64,000 bases of DNA from Candidatus Hydrogenedentota bacterium (GTDB taxonomy: Bacteria > Hydrogenedentota > Hydrogenedentia > Hydrogenedentales > SLHB01): NCBI GenBank assembly GCA_963745075.1, contig CAVUWV010000012.1, positions 32,001 to 96,000 of the forward strand. The letters run 5' to 3'. The notes below the pieces were generated by a model. It saw only the letters and a program-made list of their open reading frames with translations, was not told the DNA's origin and searched no databases. Position 1 is the first letter of the stretch, and every line of letters starts with the position of its first letter. Both the position numbers and the translations under genes were made by a program. Positions 40,333 to 50,233 of this stretch are shown here, piece by piece.

Positions 40333-42729
40333 TCACTCCGTTCGAATCAGCCATACTTCCGAGAGGCGGGACTTGTACCGCCAGTTGATCCCTGGCTCGG
40401 AGACGGGATCAAAAGTCAGCGTGATATTCCCGTCGGCATAGAGTTGCTTTGGCACGGGGAATTCCTTGATGTCGCCAATCTCTTTTCCGTAGATGGTCGG
40501 TTCCAACCGAGCGTCGTTCACCTTAGGGAAGCATTCACCGTTGCCCGTGGTGCGCACAGTATATTGCGCATCCGTCTCCAGCCCACTATACCGTAGAGCC
40601 AGGGGCCACTGGCCGCTAATCCACGATAGTCGCGTACGCCGCGCTCCATCGTCCCACCACATGAAGCCTGGGAGTGACACGTGCCGATCCTCGTAGATCG
40701 GTATCAGCGGACCAGACAGGTCATCGCCGCGCACGACGTGGGGAGCCTTGCCAACGTCGCCCACACTGTCGTAGAAGCTGCCCGGTCCCGGATGTTCCCA
40801 GCCGGCTATCGACTCAAGGCGAGCGCATTTCTCCTCTTCGGTACTCATCTCCCGGACCCTGGCAAACTCGTCTTCCAACCACCAACGGTTGTTGAGCGGG
40901 TAATCCAGGAAGTCCAGCACGGCGCCCCGTTCGCGTCCACTGGCGCCGTATTTGGGAACACTCGTTTGGAGACCGATGGAATTGAATAACTGGTCGCAAA
41001 GCGTAATCACACGGTCTCGTAGTTCAGGGCGGATACGGTCGGTCTCCGCCCGCTCGAGTACCGCCAGCGCTTCGTCCATAGCCTTTTCCGCGCCGTTGTC
41101 CTTCGCTTCGAGCAGCCGTGCGTTGGCCGTTTCTTCCAGTCCGCTTTCGTAGATGAGCCGGTCTCGTGTGTAGGCGTCGTAATACGCCCGCAACAGATAT
41201 AACTGCCAACGCCAATTATCTTTCAATTCCGGGTGTGCGGCCTCGAGTTTTTGCCACAGGACCAAGTTCGCGCCGACGGCGCCGTTGGTCGCGAGAGGGC
41301 CTTCGTACGTTCGCTCGAATGCTAAGATACCGTCCGCCGCTTCTTCCGCTACATCCGGCCCGAAGAAGACGCGGCAATACGCGACGAGTGTGTCGCGCAC
41401 GTCAGCCGAGGGGTCCCATCCCAGGGTACTCCATATAATCTTGTTCACGTCGTCGTGGACCCCGTCCGAATACGTGCTGAAACCATTTGTGAACGGGGCG
41501 AACTCATTGAACAGACGGGCGTAGAACCGAGGACGGGGATTGATTCCCTCCCGGCCCAATGTAAAGGCGATGGCCGGATCAGGCCACGGCACCTCATATT
41601 GGCATCGCACGATGTGGGTGATGTCCGGGTAGTCGCGCAAAGGGTAGTGAGCGTTCAGACGCGCGCGCGTGACCGGTAGAAAGGGACTGCCCGGCCCTGC
41701 GACCAATCCGCCAAGCCACTCTGGCATGTCCCTGTCGATCCATTCGTATACGGCGTCCGCTTTGGAACCACGAAAACCTTGCAGCGATAGCCAAACCTTT
41801 CCGTTGGGATGATATTTCATCAGGAGCTTCGCCATGTCTTCCAGATACGGGATCACCAATTCCGGTGGATTGTTGCCCGGGTCTCCGCCAGGGAAGAAGA
41901 TGTTGTCCATGCGTGGGCAGTCACGGAACAGTTCCTCAAGCTTGCGAAGGGCCTCGGCGCGTTTTTCCGTATCATTCAGATCGAAGTCTGCCGGCGTCCA
42001 AATCCAGTAGTCCAAGCCGTACTTCTCACATATGCGGCTGATGTCCACGTTCATTTTGCTGCGAGGGTAGGAGTTGACTGTGGGCCGGTCGTCCTGGAAC
42101 GGTATCCCTTCGATGGCGTTTGTGCCGAAGAAAGCCAGCTCCCGGATGTACTGGTCAAATTGCTCCGGACTCCACGCATCGTAGGAATTGGCGGTGGCGC
42201 GGTAGCCCAGTTGGTGCCCTCGAATCGGATAGCGGGGGGAAGTCGTCAAATTCAAGGCTTGCGGTAGACGCACACTCCCTTGACGACATTCGATCGTACG
42301 CAGCAGGCGTCCCACGCCGAATAGTGCGCCCCGCGGGTCGGCGCCTGCGATCCAGACCACCGGACGCTGTGGATTCGAGACATCCGTGGATATGCCATAG
42401 CCCTCCGGTTTGCCGATCGCGGCCTCGGCCGGGACTGACTTTCCGTCCAATGTGGCGTTCTCACCCGAGGTGATGGCAATAGCGCAACCGGACTCGGGCC
42501 AACGCGTGCTGACTTCCCATTTGGTCCCGGACCGTTTCTCGACTTCTTCTATGACCACTATTGCCGCGCTTTGTTCGGGTATGGGTGCCGCTTCTCCCCG
42601 TACTACCACCGTTGCATGGGTCAAGTCGATTCCCCCATCGGCGATGGCAGGCGTTGCTGCCGCGCAAACAAGGACGGCGAGTATCAAGACCGGGAACCCG
42701 GTCATGCGGGTGTTCCTACGAGTCAACAT
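40333..42729 (-). CDS. Secreted glycoside-hydrolase-like protein (GH20/GH67-type N-domain + barrel), paralog A
   Basis: Signal peptide; EGYGI...IAGADPRGALFGVGRLLR; P.YPIRG; YSDGVHDDVNK. Confidence 0.65.
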   Translation of the reverse strand: MLTRRNTRMTGFPVLILAVLVCAAATPAIADGGIDLTHATVVVRGEAAPIPEQSAAIVVIEEVEKRSGTKWEVSTRWPESGCAIAITSGENATLDGKSVPAEAAIGKPEGYGISTDVSNPQRPVVWIAGADPRGALFGVGRLLRTIECRQGSVRLPQALNLTTSPRYPIRGHQLGYRATANSYDAWSPEQFDQYIRELAFFGTNAIEGIPFQDDRPTVNSYPRSKMNVDISRICEKYGLDYWIWTPADFDLNDTEKRAEALRKLEELFRDCPRMDNIFFPGGDPGNNPPELVIPYLEDMAKLLMKYHPNGKVWLSLQGFRGSKADAVYEWIDRDMPEWLGGLVAGPGSPFLPVTRARLNAHYPLRDYPDITHIVRCQYEVPWPDPAIAFTLGREGINPRPRFYARLFNEFAPFTNGFSTYSDGVHDDVNKIIWSTLGWDPSADVRDTLVAYCRVFFGPDVAEEAADGILAFERTYEGPLATNGAVGANLVLWQKLEAAHPELKDNWRWQLYLLRAYYDAYTRDRLIYESGLEETANARLLEAKDNGAEKAMDEALAVLERAETDRIRPELRDRVITLCDQLFNSIGLQTSVPKYGASGRERGAVLDFLDYPLNNRWWLEDEFARVREMSTEEEKCARLESIAGWEHPGPGSFYDSVGDVGKAPHVVRGDDLSGPLIPIYEDRHVSLPGFMWWDDGARRTRLSWISGQWPLALRYSGLETDAQYTVRTTGNGECFPKVNDARLEPTIYGKEIGDIKEFPVPKQLYADGNITLTFDPVSEPGINWRYKSRLSEVWLIRTE

Positions 42730-42864
42730 GGCAAGACTTCCCCTTCCTAATCCGAGTCAAGTACTCCGTGGTGTCCCTTCCGAACTTCCACTCAAATCAG
42801 TCTCATTTCGCCACGAACCGGATTGTTTCCCCCAGGTTCTTGAGTTTTCATCTCTTCGATCGCA

Positions 42865-45402
42865 TTACATCCGGGCAGTCCACGGCATCTTGTCCTTGCG
42901 CATCAGCCAGATTTCATAAAGGGCGGAGATGGCCCGCCCGGGGGACTTGCCCGTCACGACGATCTGCACCTTCCCGTCACGGGTTAGTTCCTGTGGAACA
43001 TCAAATTCGAAGTAACCGATCTTGTCTGTCGGCACGTCGAAACCGTCGCTGATGACCGTGCCGTCCGCGTCGATGCCTTCCCTCGGTTTGAATCCCGGCG
43101 GGAGCCGCGAACCGATTTGGCCACCCACCGAAATCCGAACCACGTACTCCGCCTGCGGGTCGAGGTTCTCATAGTCGAAAGTGACGCCTCTGCCATTGGG
43201 GTCGCGGGAATAGGCCTGGTTGTACTGCGACATCTTCGCGGGGCCGGCAAACGGCTCGAAAGTCCACAGGGTATGCCCAAAGGTCAAATGCTTGGATTCC
43301 ATGGGCCAACCGACGTCGTCATAGTAGCCGCCTTCGCCGGGATCGTCGTAGTGCAAAATCATATTTGCGGCGTTCCGTAGTTTGGCCGCGTCCGGAGTGG
43401 TCAGTGCCTGTTGCACGTGTTCCTTCCACCAGCCCACCTCCGTCAGATCGTATTGGTCGACAATAAAGACGACTGGTTCCCGGTACCCAAAGGCCGCGTT
43501 TGACTCCTCGCTCCGCTGCGTGGCCTCATCGCGCAACGCCTTCATCGCCCCGGTTTCCAGGGGCTGTTCCAGCACGTTTAACGCCTTTTCAAAGTCGGGT
43601 TTAGGATTCTCCGCGGTTAATGCGTGCGAAAGCACGTTACCGGCCTGCCGTTTCAGGTCTTGACCCCGCTCCAACTCCATCTGGATGTAGCGATCCATGA
43701 GCGCCTTTTCCGTAATGACGCGCCAACGCCAGTCATCCTTGAGCAGGTTCGGCGGAATCTTCTTACCGGCCGAGCGCAAGAGAACGACGGCTTGGGCGAT
43801 GCCGGGGTTGCCCAGGACCGGCTTGTCGAGGGTCTCCTCCATCACAAAGATCGCTCGCGCCATCTCGTCCTGCGCCTCGGGGCCAAACCAGTACCGGCAA
43901 TACTCGTTGGTAATCGCTTCGGCGGTCTGGTGCGGATTCCACATCAGGCGATACCAGAACCACTTGTTGAAGTCGTCGTGTATCCCCTCGCTGTAATGCA
44001 TGTCGCCAACAGCGTAGTGAAAGATTTCCTGGCCGACCTTGTAGAAGTTCCGTGGACGGGCGTTCCAGGCTCGCCGGTCATAAACGGCCGCAAGAGCGAT
44101 GTCGGGGTGGGGGACGGCGTACTGGGCCTGCATCCAGTGGGTGATATCCGAGTAGAGGGCGATATTCGTCGTGCGCGGCAGCTCGTGGTGCATGAACTTC
44201 AGATAATTGCCGAGCGGACCGAACCCTTCGTACTCGAACCAGCGGGGATTCACCGGGCCGCGGATGTAAGTCTGCATCTCATCCGCTCCCGGGCCGTAGC
44301 GGATGGCGTAGAGCCAACTGGAGTCCTCGGAATTCAGGTAGTCGAAGATCGCCTGGTTGCCTTCGTTCGTCAGGTCCTGGTTCGTCGCGAGAACTTTCGT
44401 GTTTGGGTGATACTTGTGAAGGATGTCGGCAATCTCGTGAACCAGTTTGATGTAGGTACCACCCCAAGGCATGCATTTGTCGCAGCGACAGCCCCCCTCG
44501 TCGCCGGAGTTCGTCGTGTAAATGTCGTAATCCGGAGATTCGCGGAAGAATTTGTCGAAGGATTCCAGTAAGGCCTTACGGGCTTCTGGGACCGACGGGC
44601 AAACATATCTCCGCGACCGGCCGCCGTCTGCACGCCACTCCTCGGGAATGACGAAACCGTTGTCCATCTGGTTGGCGGTGCGGCCAAATGACGAGTACAC
44701 ACCGTACGTCTCGCGCAGTTGCACGGGATTGCCGCCGAACACGTTCGTGCCCAGGAGAATCTGGTCTTCCATGGTTTCGAGCGATTCTTCCGGGGTCTGT
44801 GGTCGAAGCTTTCCGAATTCACGGGCGCGGCTGCCCGCTCCATGGGGATTCCCTCCTCGCATCCAGAGGGCCGGCTTGTCGGTCACGTCCACCACGGGAA
44901 CCAACACGGATTCGGGGAGGTACGTCATCGCCCGAAGCATCCAACCGACTCCGTAGATGGTGCCCGGGCCGTCCGTGCCCGCTATGACGATGTAGTGCTT
45001 CCCATCATAAGTTCCGGACTTAACCGCGAAGCCCTCCGGGTGCAACGTCTCGGAATTAGGTAAAACCGGCAGCACGGCGCCGAATTGCGGCACCAGCTTT
45101 TTCGAAAGCACATTACCGCTCGTCGTGCCGACCACGAAGGTCACGTCCGCGTCGGTTGGCGCGGCGCTTTCGTCCTGGACCGCCACCGCCACGCTACTCC
45201 GCTTCTGCAGGCGTTTACTCAGGAGTTCGGCGGCTTTGAGTTCCGGTTGGGTGCTCTTCGCACCCGTAACAATGAGAATGTGCTTGGCCGTAATCGGCGG
45301 GTTAGCGGGTGCATCCTCGCCGTATACTCGGGCCGATACGGCAACAGCGAGCACGAGTAACGCAAACCATATGAATTCGGTAGACTGGGAGATACTTTTC
45401 AT
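42865..45402 (-). CDS. Secreted glycoside-hydrolase-like protein, paralog B
   Basis: ATG 45402 follows GGAGGA; EGFAV...IAGTDGPGTIYGVGWMLR; GDEGGCRCDKC; YSEGIHDDFNK shared with paralog A. Confidence 0.65.
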   Translation of the reverse strand: MKSISQSTEFIWFALLVLAVAVSARVYGEDAPANPPITAKHILIVTGAKSTQPELKAAELLSKRLQKRSSVAVAVQDESAAPTDADVTFVVGTTSGNVLSKKLVPQFGAVLPVLPNSETLHPEGFAVKSGTYDGKHYIVIAGTDGPGTIYGVGWMLRAMTYLPESVLVPVVDVTDKPALWMRGGNPHGAGSRAREFGKLRPQTPEESLETMEDQILLGTNVFGGNPVQLRETYGVYSSFGRTANQMDNGFVIPEEWRADGGRSRRYVCPSVPEARKALLESFDKFFRESPDYDIYTTNSGDEGGCRCDKCMPWGGTYIKLVHEIADILHKYHPNTKVLATNQDLTNEGNQAIFDYLNSEDSSWLYAIRYGPGADEMQTYIRGPVNPRWFEYEGFGPLGNYLKFMHHELPRTTNIALYSDITHWMQAQYAVPHPDIALAAVYDRRAWNARPRNFYKVGQEIFHYAVGDMHYSEGIHDDFNKWFWYRLMWNPHQTAEAITNEYCRYWFGPEAQDEMARAIFVMEETLDKPVLGNPGIAQAVVLLRSAGKKIPPNLLKDDWRWRVITEKALMDRYIQMELERGQDLKRQAGNVLSHALTAENPKPDFEKALNVLEQPLETGAMKALRDEATQRSEESNAAFGYREPVVFIVDQYDLTEVGWWKEHVQQALTTPDAAKLRNAANMILHYDDPGEGGYYDDVGWPMESKHLTFGHTLWTFEPFAGPAKMSQYNQAYSRDPNGRGVTFDYENLDPQAEYVVRISVGGQIGSRLPPGFKPREGIDADGTVISDGFDVPTDKIGYFEFDVPQELTRDGKVQIVVTGKSPGRAISALYEIWLMRKDKMPWTARM

Positions 45403-45656
45403 GCTTGACTCCTCCACGAAAAATAGCCGGTGATCGATCCCGATCAAATGTAACAATAGAAACCTCATAGGGTTACACTTGAGTTGTCAAAGACGCACGT
45501 ATTCAATTTTAAGGTTTCCCCGGATGCATATTAGTCTTTCGTTCACACCCGAGCAAACTACAAAGATTCGGGAATTGACGCACGCATTCATATTCTAAAT
45601 GCACCAGTGGAGTGATTTGGAGAAGGGGTTGAGCGCGTGAGGAAGCAGCGGGATAC

Positions 45657-46309
45657 ATGAGCAAGAAAAAAGCCGAGGCCAAACGAGAAATTGCAGGCGT
45701 GGATCGACGGGCGGGAGCGCCATCGCTTGTCGCACGCGCACGTCCACATGGGCCGGAAATTGGGTATGAATCTGCGAAAGCTTGGCAAGATCGATAATCA
45801 TGACCAGGAACCGTGGAAGATTCCGTTAAGGGATTTCACCGAGTACCTCTACGAAAAGCGCTTCGGAAGGACGCGACCGGAGGTTGTCGTGATGGCCGAA
45901 GCCGTAGTCTGGTTTCGCAAATCCGCGGAACTGGCCGAACCTATGGGCCAGTTTCGCTTGGGTGTGTGCTATGCCGTCAGGCGATGGGGTGGAGCGCGAT
46001 GAATGCGAAACGGCTCATTGGTTTCAGCGGGCCGCGGACGCCGGGCTTGCGTCGGCCCAATTCAAGGTCGCCGTTCTATTCCTGACCGGCAGCGGCGTAC
46101 CCAAAGATCCCGCGCGGGCCGCGCAGTACCTGGTTCGCGCCGCCGAACAGGACTATGTTCGCGCGCAAACCAAGCTGGGCGAATGCTATTGTACGGGGCA
46201 AGGCGTCGCCAAGAACTGGGACGCCGCCGTAACGTGGCTTTGTCGGGCCGCGAAAGCGGGTGATGAGAATGCGGAACGACTACTTCGGCGATACGGCGTC
46301 CGCCATTAG
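45657..46309 (+). CDS. Chimeric small conserved domain fused to Sel1-like repeats (two frameshifts; possibly a pseudogene)
   Basis: Removing one A at ~45670 gives MSKKKPRPNEKLQAW...LGMN..KLGKIDNHDQEPWK..L..F.EYLYEKRF. This runs into AVVWFRKSAE..MGQFRLG; a second shift at ~45974 joins GDGVERD...WFQRAADAG Sel1 repeats. Confidence 0.55.
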
Positions 46310-46519
46310 CCCGGAAATCTCACCCGCACCAAGCATCGGATCTGTAACCCCAAACCGCCCTGGAGCTTCGCGTGTCCGTCCGAGTTTCTGGGTTCACAGA
46401 GTGCGTGCGAGAACTCTTCGACAGTGAGCCTACCGTTCATCTCGAAAGCATTTCTCACCGTACTCAACTCACCGGACCGCAATACGACGGCTTTCGGGGC
46501 CGTGAGAAATGCGGGTTAG
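46306..46519 (+). mobile_element. MITE-like element, copy 2
   Basis: TTAG at both ends; GCCCGGAAATCTCAC ... GTGAGAAATGCGGGT. The left TAG is the stop codon of the Sel1 ORF. Confidence 0.8.
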
Positions 46520-46645
46520 GATTTACCGCGTCGTTGAGGAGAATCGGCGCTGCGCCCCGACGCGTGATGGCCGATTATAGTAACACGCTGGAATTGCCAG
46601 CCAAACCGTGCACGGTGGTGTGATCCAGCCCAGCGTGATAGCGAA

Positions 46646-49162
46646 TTATCCTGTGCTCTTCATGCCAAAGGCGATCCCATGCGCCGTAAGTGCGAGTAGC
46701 CGCTGGAGCGTCTCGTCCGGCTCGGTTTGGGAAGGCGCATTGCGCCACTGGCGCAGAAAATGAATCTGCAGATAGTTGAGCGGGTCCACATACGGATTTC
46801 GCAATTCGATCGACTCGGCGAGGACGTTATTATGCGCCAGGAGTTTGGAATGTTGCGAAACCTTCAGCACCATTTCGACTGTGCGGCGGTACTCCTGTTC
46901 AATCCGGCCGAAGATTTCGTCGCGTAACTTCTCTGATTCCACGAGTTGGGCGTATCGGCCGGCGATGTTCATGTCAGCTTTTGCCAGCGATGTTTCGGCG
47001 TTGTCCATCAGCAAGGCGAAGAACGGCCATTTGTCGTGCATTTCGCGCAGCAGCGCGAGCCCCTGTGGCTGTTCGTCGATGAGGCGCTCCAAGGCATGGC
47101 CAATGCCATACCATGCTGAAATCAAGTGGCGCGATTGCGTCCACGCGAAGACCCAGGGAATAGCCCGCAGGTTCACCAGGCCGCCGACTTTTTTTCGATG
47201 GCTGGGGCGGGAGCCGATCTTCAGGTGTTCGACGAGATCGATGGGGGTTGCCTGACGAAAATAGTCCAAGAAGCCGTCTGTCCCGTCAACCAATTGGAGA
47301 TAGAATGCGCGAGAGTCGTCGGCCAGACGGATCATCGCCGCTTCCCAGTCGGGAAGTTGTTCGGCGAATTCCTCGTTGGGCGAGGGCAGACATTCGGCGG
47401 CGATCACCGCGGAAGTAAGCTGCTCCAAATTTCGAACTGCTATCGCCGGACTGGAATACTTCAGCGAAATCACCTCTCCTTGCTCGGTGATGCGGATACG
47501 GCCGCCATGCACTGCCATCGGTTGAGCGCGGAGGGCCGTATGACTCTGACCGCCCCCGCGATCGATCGAGCCACCTTTCCCGTGAAAGAATCGCAGCCCA
47601 ATGGCACGTTCATCGGCAAGTTCCGCGAGTTCGCGTTCGGCGCGATACAGATTCCAATTGGCCGCGAGATAACCTCCATCCTTGTTCGAGTCGGAATACC
47701 CCAGCATTATCTCCTGCACGTCGCCCCGGTGGCTCAAATGACGACGATACGCGTCGTCATCCCAAAGCTCGCGCATTAGTCGGGTGCACCGTGTCAAGTC
47801 GTCGATTTTTTCGAACAGCGGAACAATATCGATCTCTTTGAGATCCACTTTGTGCGCTAGTTCAAGCAATTTCCGCACGTCGGCAGCGCTGTGTGTCATG
47901 CTGAGAATGTAGCGATTCGATGCGCCTGCGCCGTATTGCACTTGCAGATCGCGTTGAGTGCGGAACTGCTGGAGAATTGCCTCTTCATCGGTGTGTAATT
48001 TGTCGCTGTCGTCGCGAAAATCGAGTTCCGCCAAATGAAATCCGAAAACCTGCGTTTGACGAATGAGCCGGGCAATTCGCCCTTCAGCCGCACGGTGGGC
48101 GCCTTGCTGATACAGTTGATGGCGAATCCATTCCAAATCGGCGATAAACTCTTCGGGGGACGCGAATCCGCTGGACGGGTCGGACAACCTCTGTAAAATC
48201 GCGACAAGGTGTTTTCGAAGTATTTCATTTGCCTGAAAACGAATCCGCGGCAATACTTCCTTCACCGTATCCGGCAGCGAATCATCATCCGACGGCGGTC
48301 GCTTGGCCTTTGGCTCGGCATGTTGGCCCTCATCTTGGGCCTGCCCTGCGTGGCTCAATTCCGCGAACAGCAGGCTAAGCTGTCTTCGGTAGAACGCGAG
48401 CACGCGTTGCCGCTGCAATTGCATGGCCCGTCGACTGATCTCGGGTGTGACATAGGGATTGCCGTCGCGATCGCCGCCGATCCAAGTCGCCAACGTTAGG
48501 AACGGTCTGCGCAGGCGCACGGTTGGAAACGAACTTGCCAACTCCTGGTTGATAATTGCGTAGAAATCTGCTACTGCTTCGAAGATTGTGCGGTCGAAGA
48601 AGGAAAGTGCATTTTCGACTTCGTCAAGCGGACCCGGGCGACAGCGGCGCACTTCTTCCGTCAGCCAAAGGGTTTCCAAAATCTCATCGGGTTCGGCGGG
48701 CCATTCGCGCAATCGCCAAAGGTGATACAACACACTATCCCGCTTCGCCTCAGTGGGGTGCGCTGTCAACACCGGCTGAATTTCCAGGTCATCAAGGATG
48801 GACTGCAGCTTTTCGGCCGGCACACCAGATTCGTTTAGTTCCCGGAAGATCCGCCGCAATGATTGTTTCGGCTCTGGGGCCTCGCGCAATTTCCGTGTCC
48901 TGGCCCTCTCCTCGCAGAGGTTTACGAGCTGAAAGAAAAGACTGAAAGCGTGTGCCGTTTGTTCCGCTTCCCGAACGGTCAGACTTTCCGCAAGCTGCTG
49001 CAGTTTGCTCGTTTTCGTGGGATTCGGTTTGTGCCTTGTCCTTTTTGCCAGCTTGCGAAACTGTTCAACGTGCCGGAAAACCTTATCCCCGGCCAATTCG
49101 CGAACAATGCCTCCCAAGCGGGTCGTGATAAAGCGAACTTCATTGCGCAATTTCCGGTCCAT
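46646..49162 (-). CDS. ppc: Phosphoenolpyruvate carboxylase
   Basis: VLTAHPTE, WIGGDRDGNP, MLGYSDSNKDGG, LRAIPWVFAWTQSR, LRNPYVDPLN; ATG 49162 follows AGGAGG. Confidence 0.97.
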   Translation of the reverse strand: MDRKLRNEVRFITTRLGGIVRELAGDKVFRHVEQFRKLAKRTRHKPNPTKTSKLQQLAESLTVREAEQTAHAFSLFFQLVNLCEERARTRKLREAPEPKQSLRRIFRELNESGVPAEKLQSILDDLEIQPVLTAHPTEAKRDSVLYHLWRLREWPAEPDEILETLWLTEEVRRCRPGPLDEVENALSFFDRTIFEAVADFYAIINQELASSFPTVRLRRPFLTLATWIGGDRDGNPYVTPEISRRAMQLQRQRVLAFYRRQLSLLFAELSHAGQAQDEGQHAEPKAKRPPSDDDSLPDTVKEVLPRIRFQANEILRKHLVAILQRLSDPSSGFASPEEFIADLEWIRHQLYQQGAHRAAEGRIARLIRQTQVFGFHLAELDFRDDSDKLHTDEEAILQQFRTQRDLQVQYGAGASNRYILSMTHSAADVRKLLELAHKVDLKEIDIVPLFEKIDDLTRCTRLMRELWDDDAYRRHLSHRGDVQEIMLGYSDSNKDGGYLAANWNLYRAERELAELADERAIGLRFFHGKGGSIDRGGGQSHTALRAQPMAVHGGRIRITEQGEVISLKYSSPAIAVRNLEQLTSAVIAAECLPSPNEEFAEQLPDWEAAMIRLADDSRAFYLQLVDGTDGFLDYFRQATPIDLVEHLKIGSRPSHRKKVGGLVNLRAIPWVFAWTQSRHLISAWYGIGHALERLIDEQPQGLALLREMHDKWPFFALLMDNAETSLAKADMNIAGRYAQLVESEKLRDEIFGRIEQEYRRTVEMVLKVSQHSKLLAHNNVLAESIELRNPYVDPLNYLQIHFLRQWRNAPSQTEPDETLQRLLALTAHGIAFGMKSTG

Positions 49163-49222
49163 CGTAGCCTCCTGGAAGGTCGCATAAAAATACCAGTATA
49201 TCGGGTGTGCACGTCGCAAGTC

Positions 49223-49438
49223 ATAGCCCGAGTTTCTCACCGCGCAATGGCGGTCGTTTCGCGGACCGATCGCGGTGGACGGCGGTGAGAGACGCCCCCG
49301 AGAAAATTTGCAAGCTCACTGTCGAGAAATTCTCACACGCACACGGTCAAATTGAGAAACCTTGGTCGTAGTTGAACGGTATAGTGCTCACAGCGGTTAC
49401 ACGGTACGAGTGTCGCGCGTGTGAGAATTCCGCGCTAG
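49223..49438 (-). mobile_element. MITE-like element, copy 3 (inverted)
   Basis: The minus strand reads CTAGCGCGGAATTCTCACACGC...GCGTGTGAGAATTTCTCGACAGTGAGC...TCTCACCGC...GCGGTGAGAAACTCGGGCTAT. Confidence 0.8.
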
Positions 49439-50166
49439 GCCCCGTTTTCCGGGGGGGTCAATTGACTCCGGATAAGCTCGATCTCATAGAGCGCCTCATC
49501 GTCATAGCGGACAAGCCGGAACAGGGCCACCGGGTCGGGGACGGTGGCGTCGAACGTAAACTCGCCAAAGGCGTATTCGCCTATTACGCCGAAGAGCTGC
49601 GTCTTCCACTTCGGATCCGTGGCGGGCGGGCCGTCGCCACGGCCGCCCAGGCTCGCGGGCTCGAATTCGTAGAATTGGTAGCCCGAGGGTCGCGGGATGG
49701 TGAAAATTCGCGCGCCATGACGATCGCCCGAAATCAGGAGCACGCCCGGAATGCGGTGCTTCTCGATAAGGTTGAAAATTCGATCGCGCGCTTCCGGATC
49801 GTAAACGCCCCACGAGTCCTCGCCGTGGGTCACGTCGTCACTCCACATCGTGCCGCATGAGAGAATGATAAATGGCCCCGTGCAGTCCAGCAATTGCGTT
49901 TCCAGCCACTGCATCTGCTCCGGCCCGAGCAGGTTCCCGCTTTTGCCCTCTTCCCGCGCCGTGCGGAAGTAGCGATGGTCCACCATGATGATGTCGCAAC
50001 ATCCCACGCGGGTACGGAGGAAGACCCCGCGGCGCTCATCATTGAATCCCCAGGAGGGGTTGTTCCAGGCGTGCCGGAACACTTCCCAGACCCCTTGCCG
50101 GTCCTTGTCGGTGAACCCCTCCGGGATACCCCATCCGTCATTCTTGAAATAATCGAGATCGCAGAC
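49435..50166 (-). pseudogene. phoD: 5'-truncated alkaline phosphatase D family gene
   Basis: D.RYFR, LLGPEQMQWL, LLISGDRH. Homology begins at CDLDYFKND (the WDDHD equivalent, degenerate). The upstream part of the ORF only overlaps the neighbouring gene. Confidence 0.65.
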
Positions 50167-50233
50167 GGCGCTTCCTGAGTGCGGGTAATGTTCAAACTTC
50201 CGATGGGGATAGGTGGATGCCCTCGACATACGT

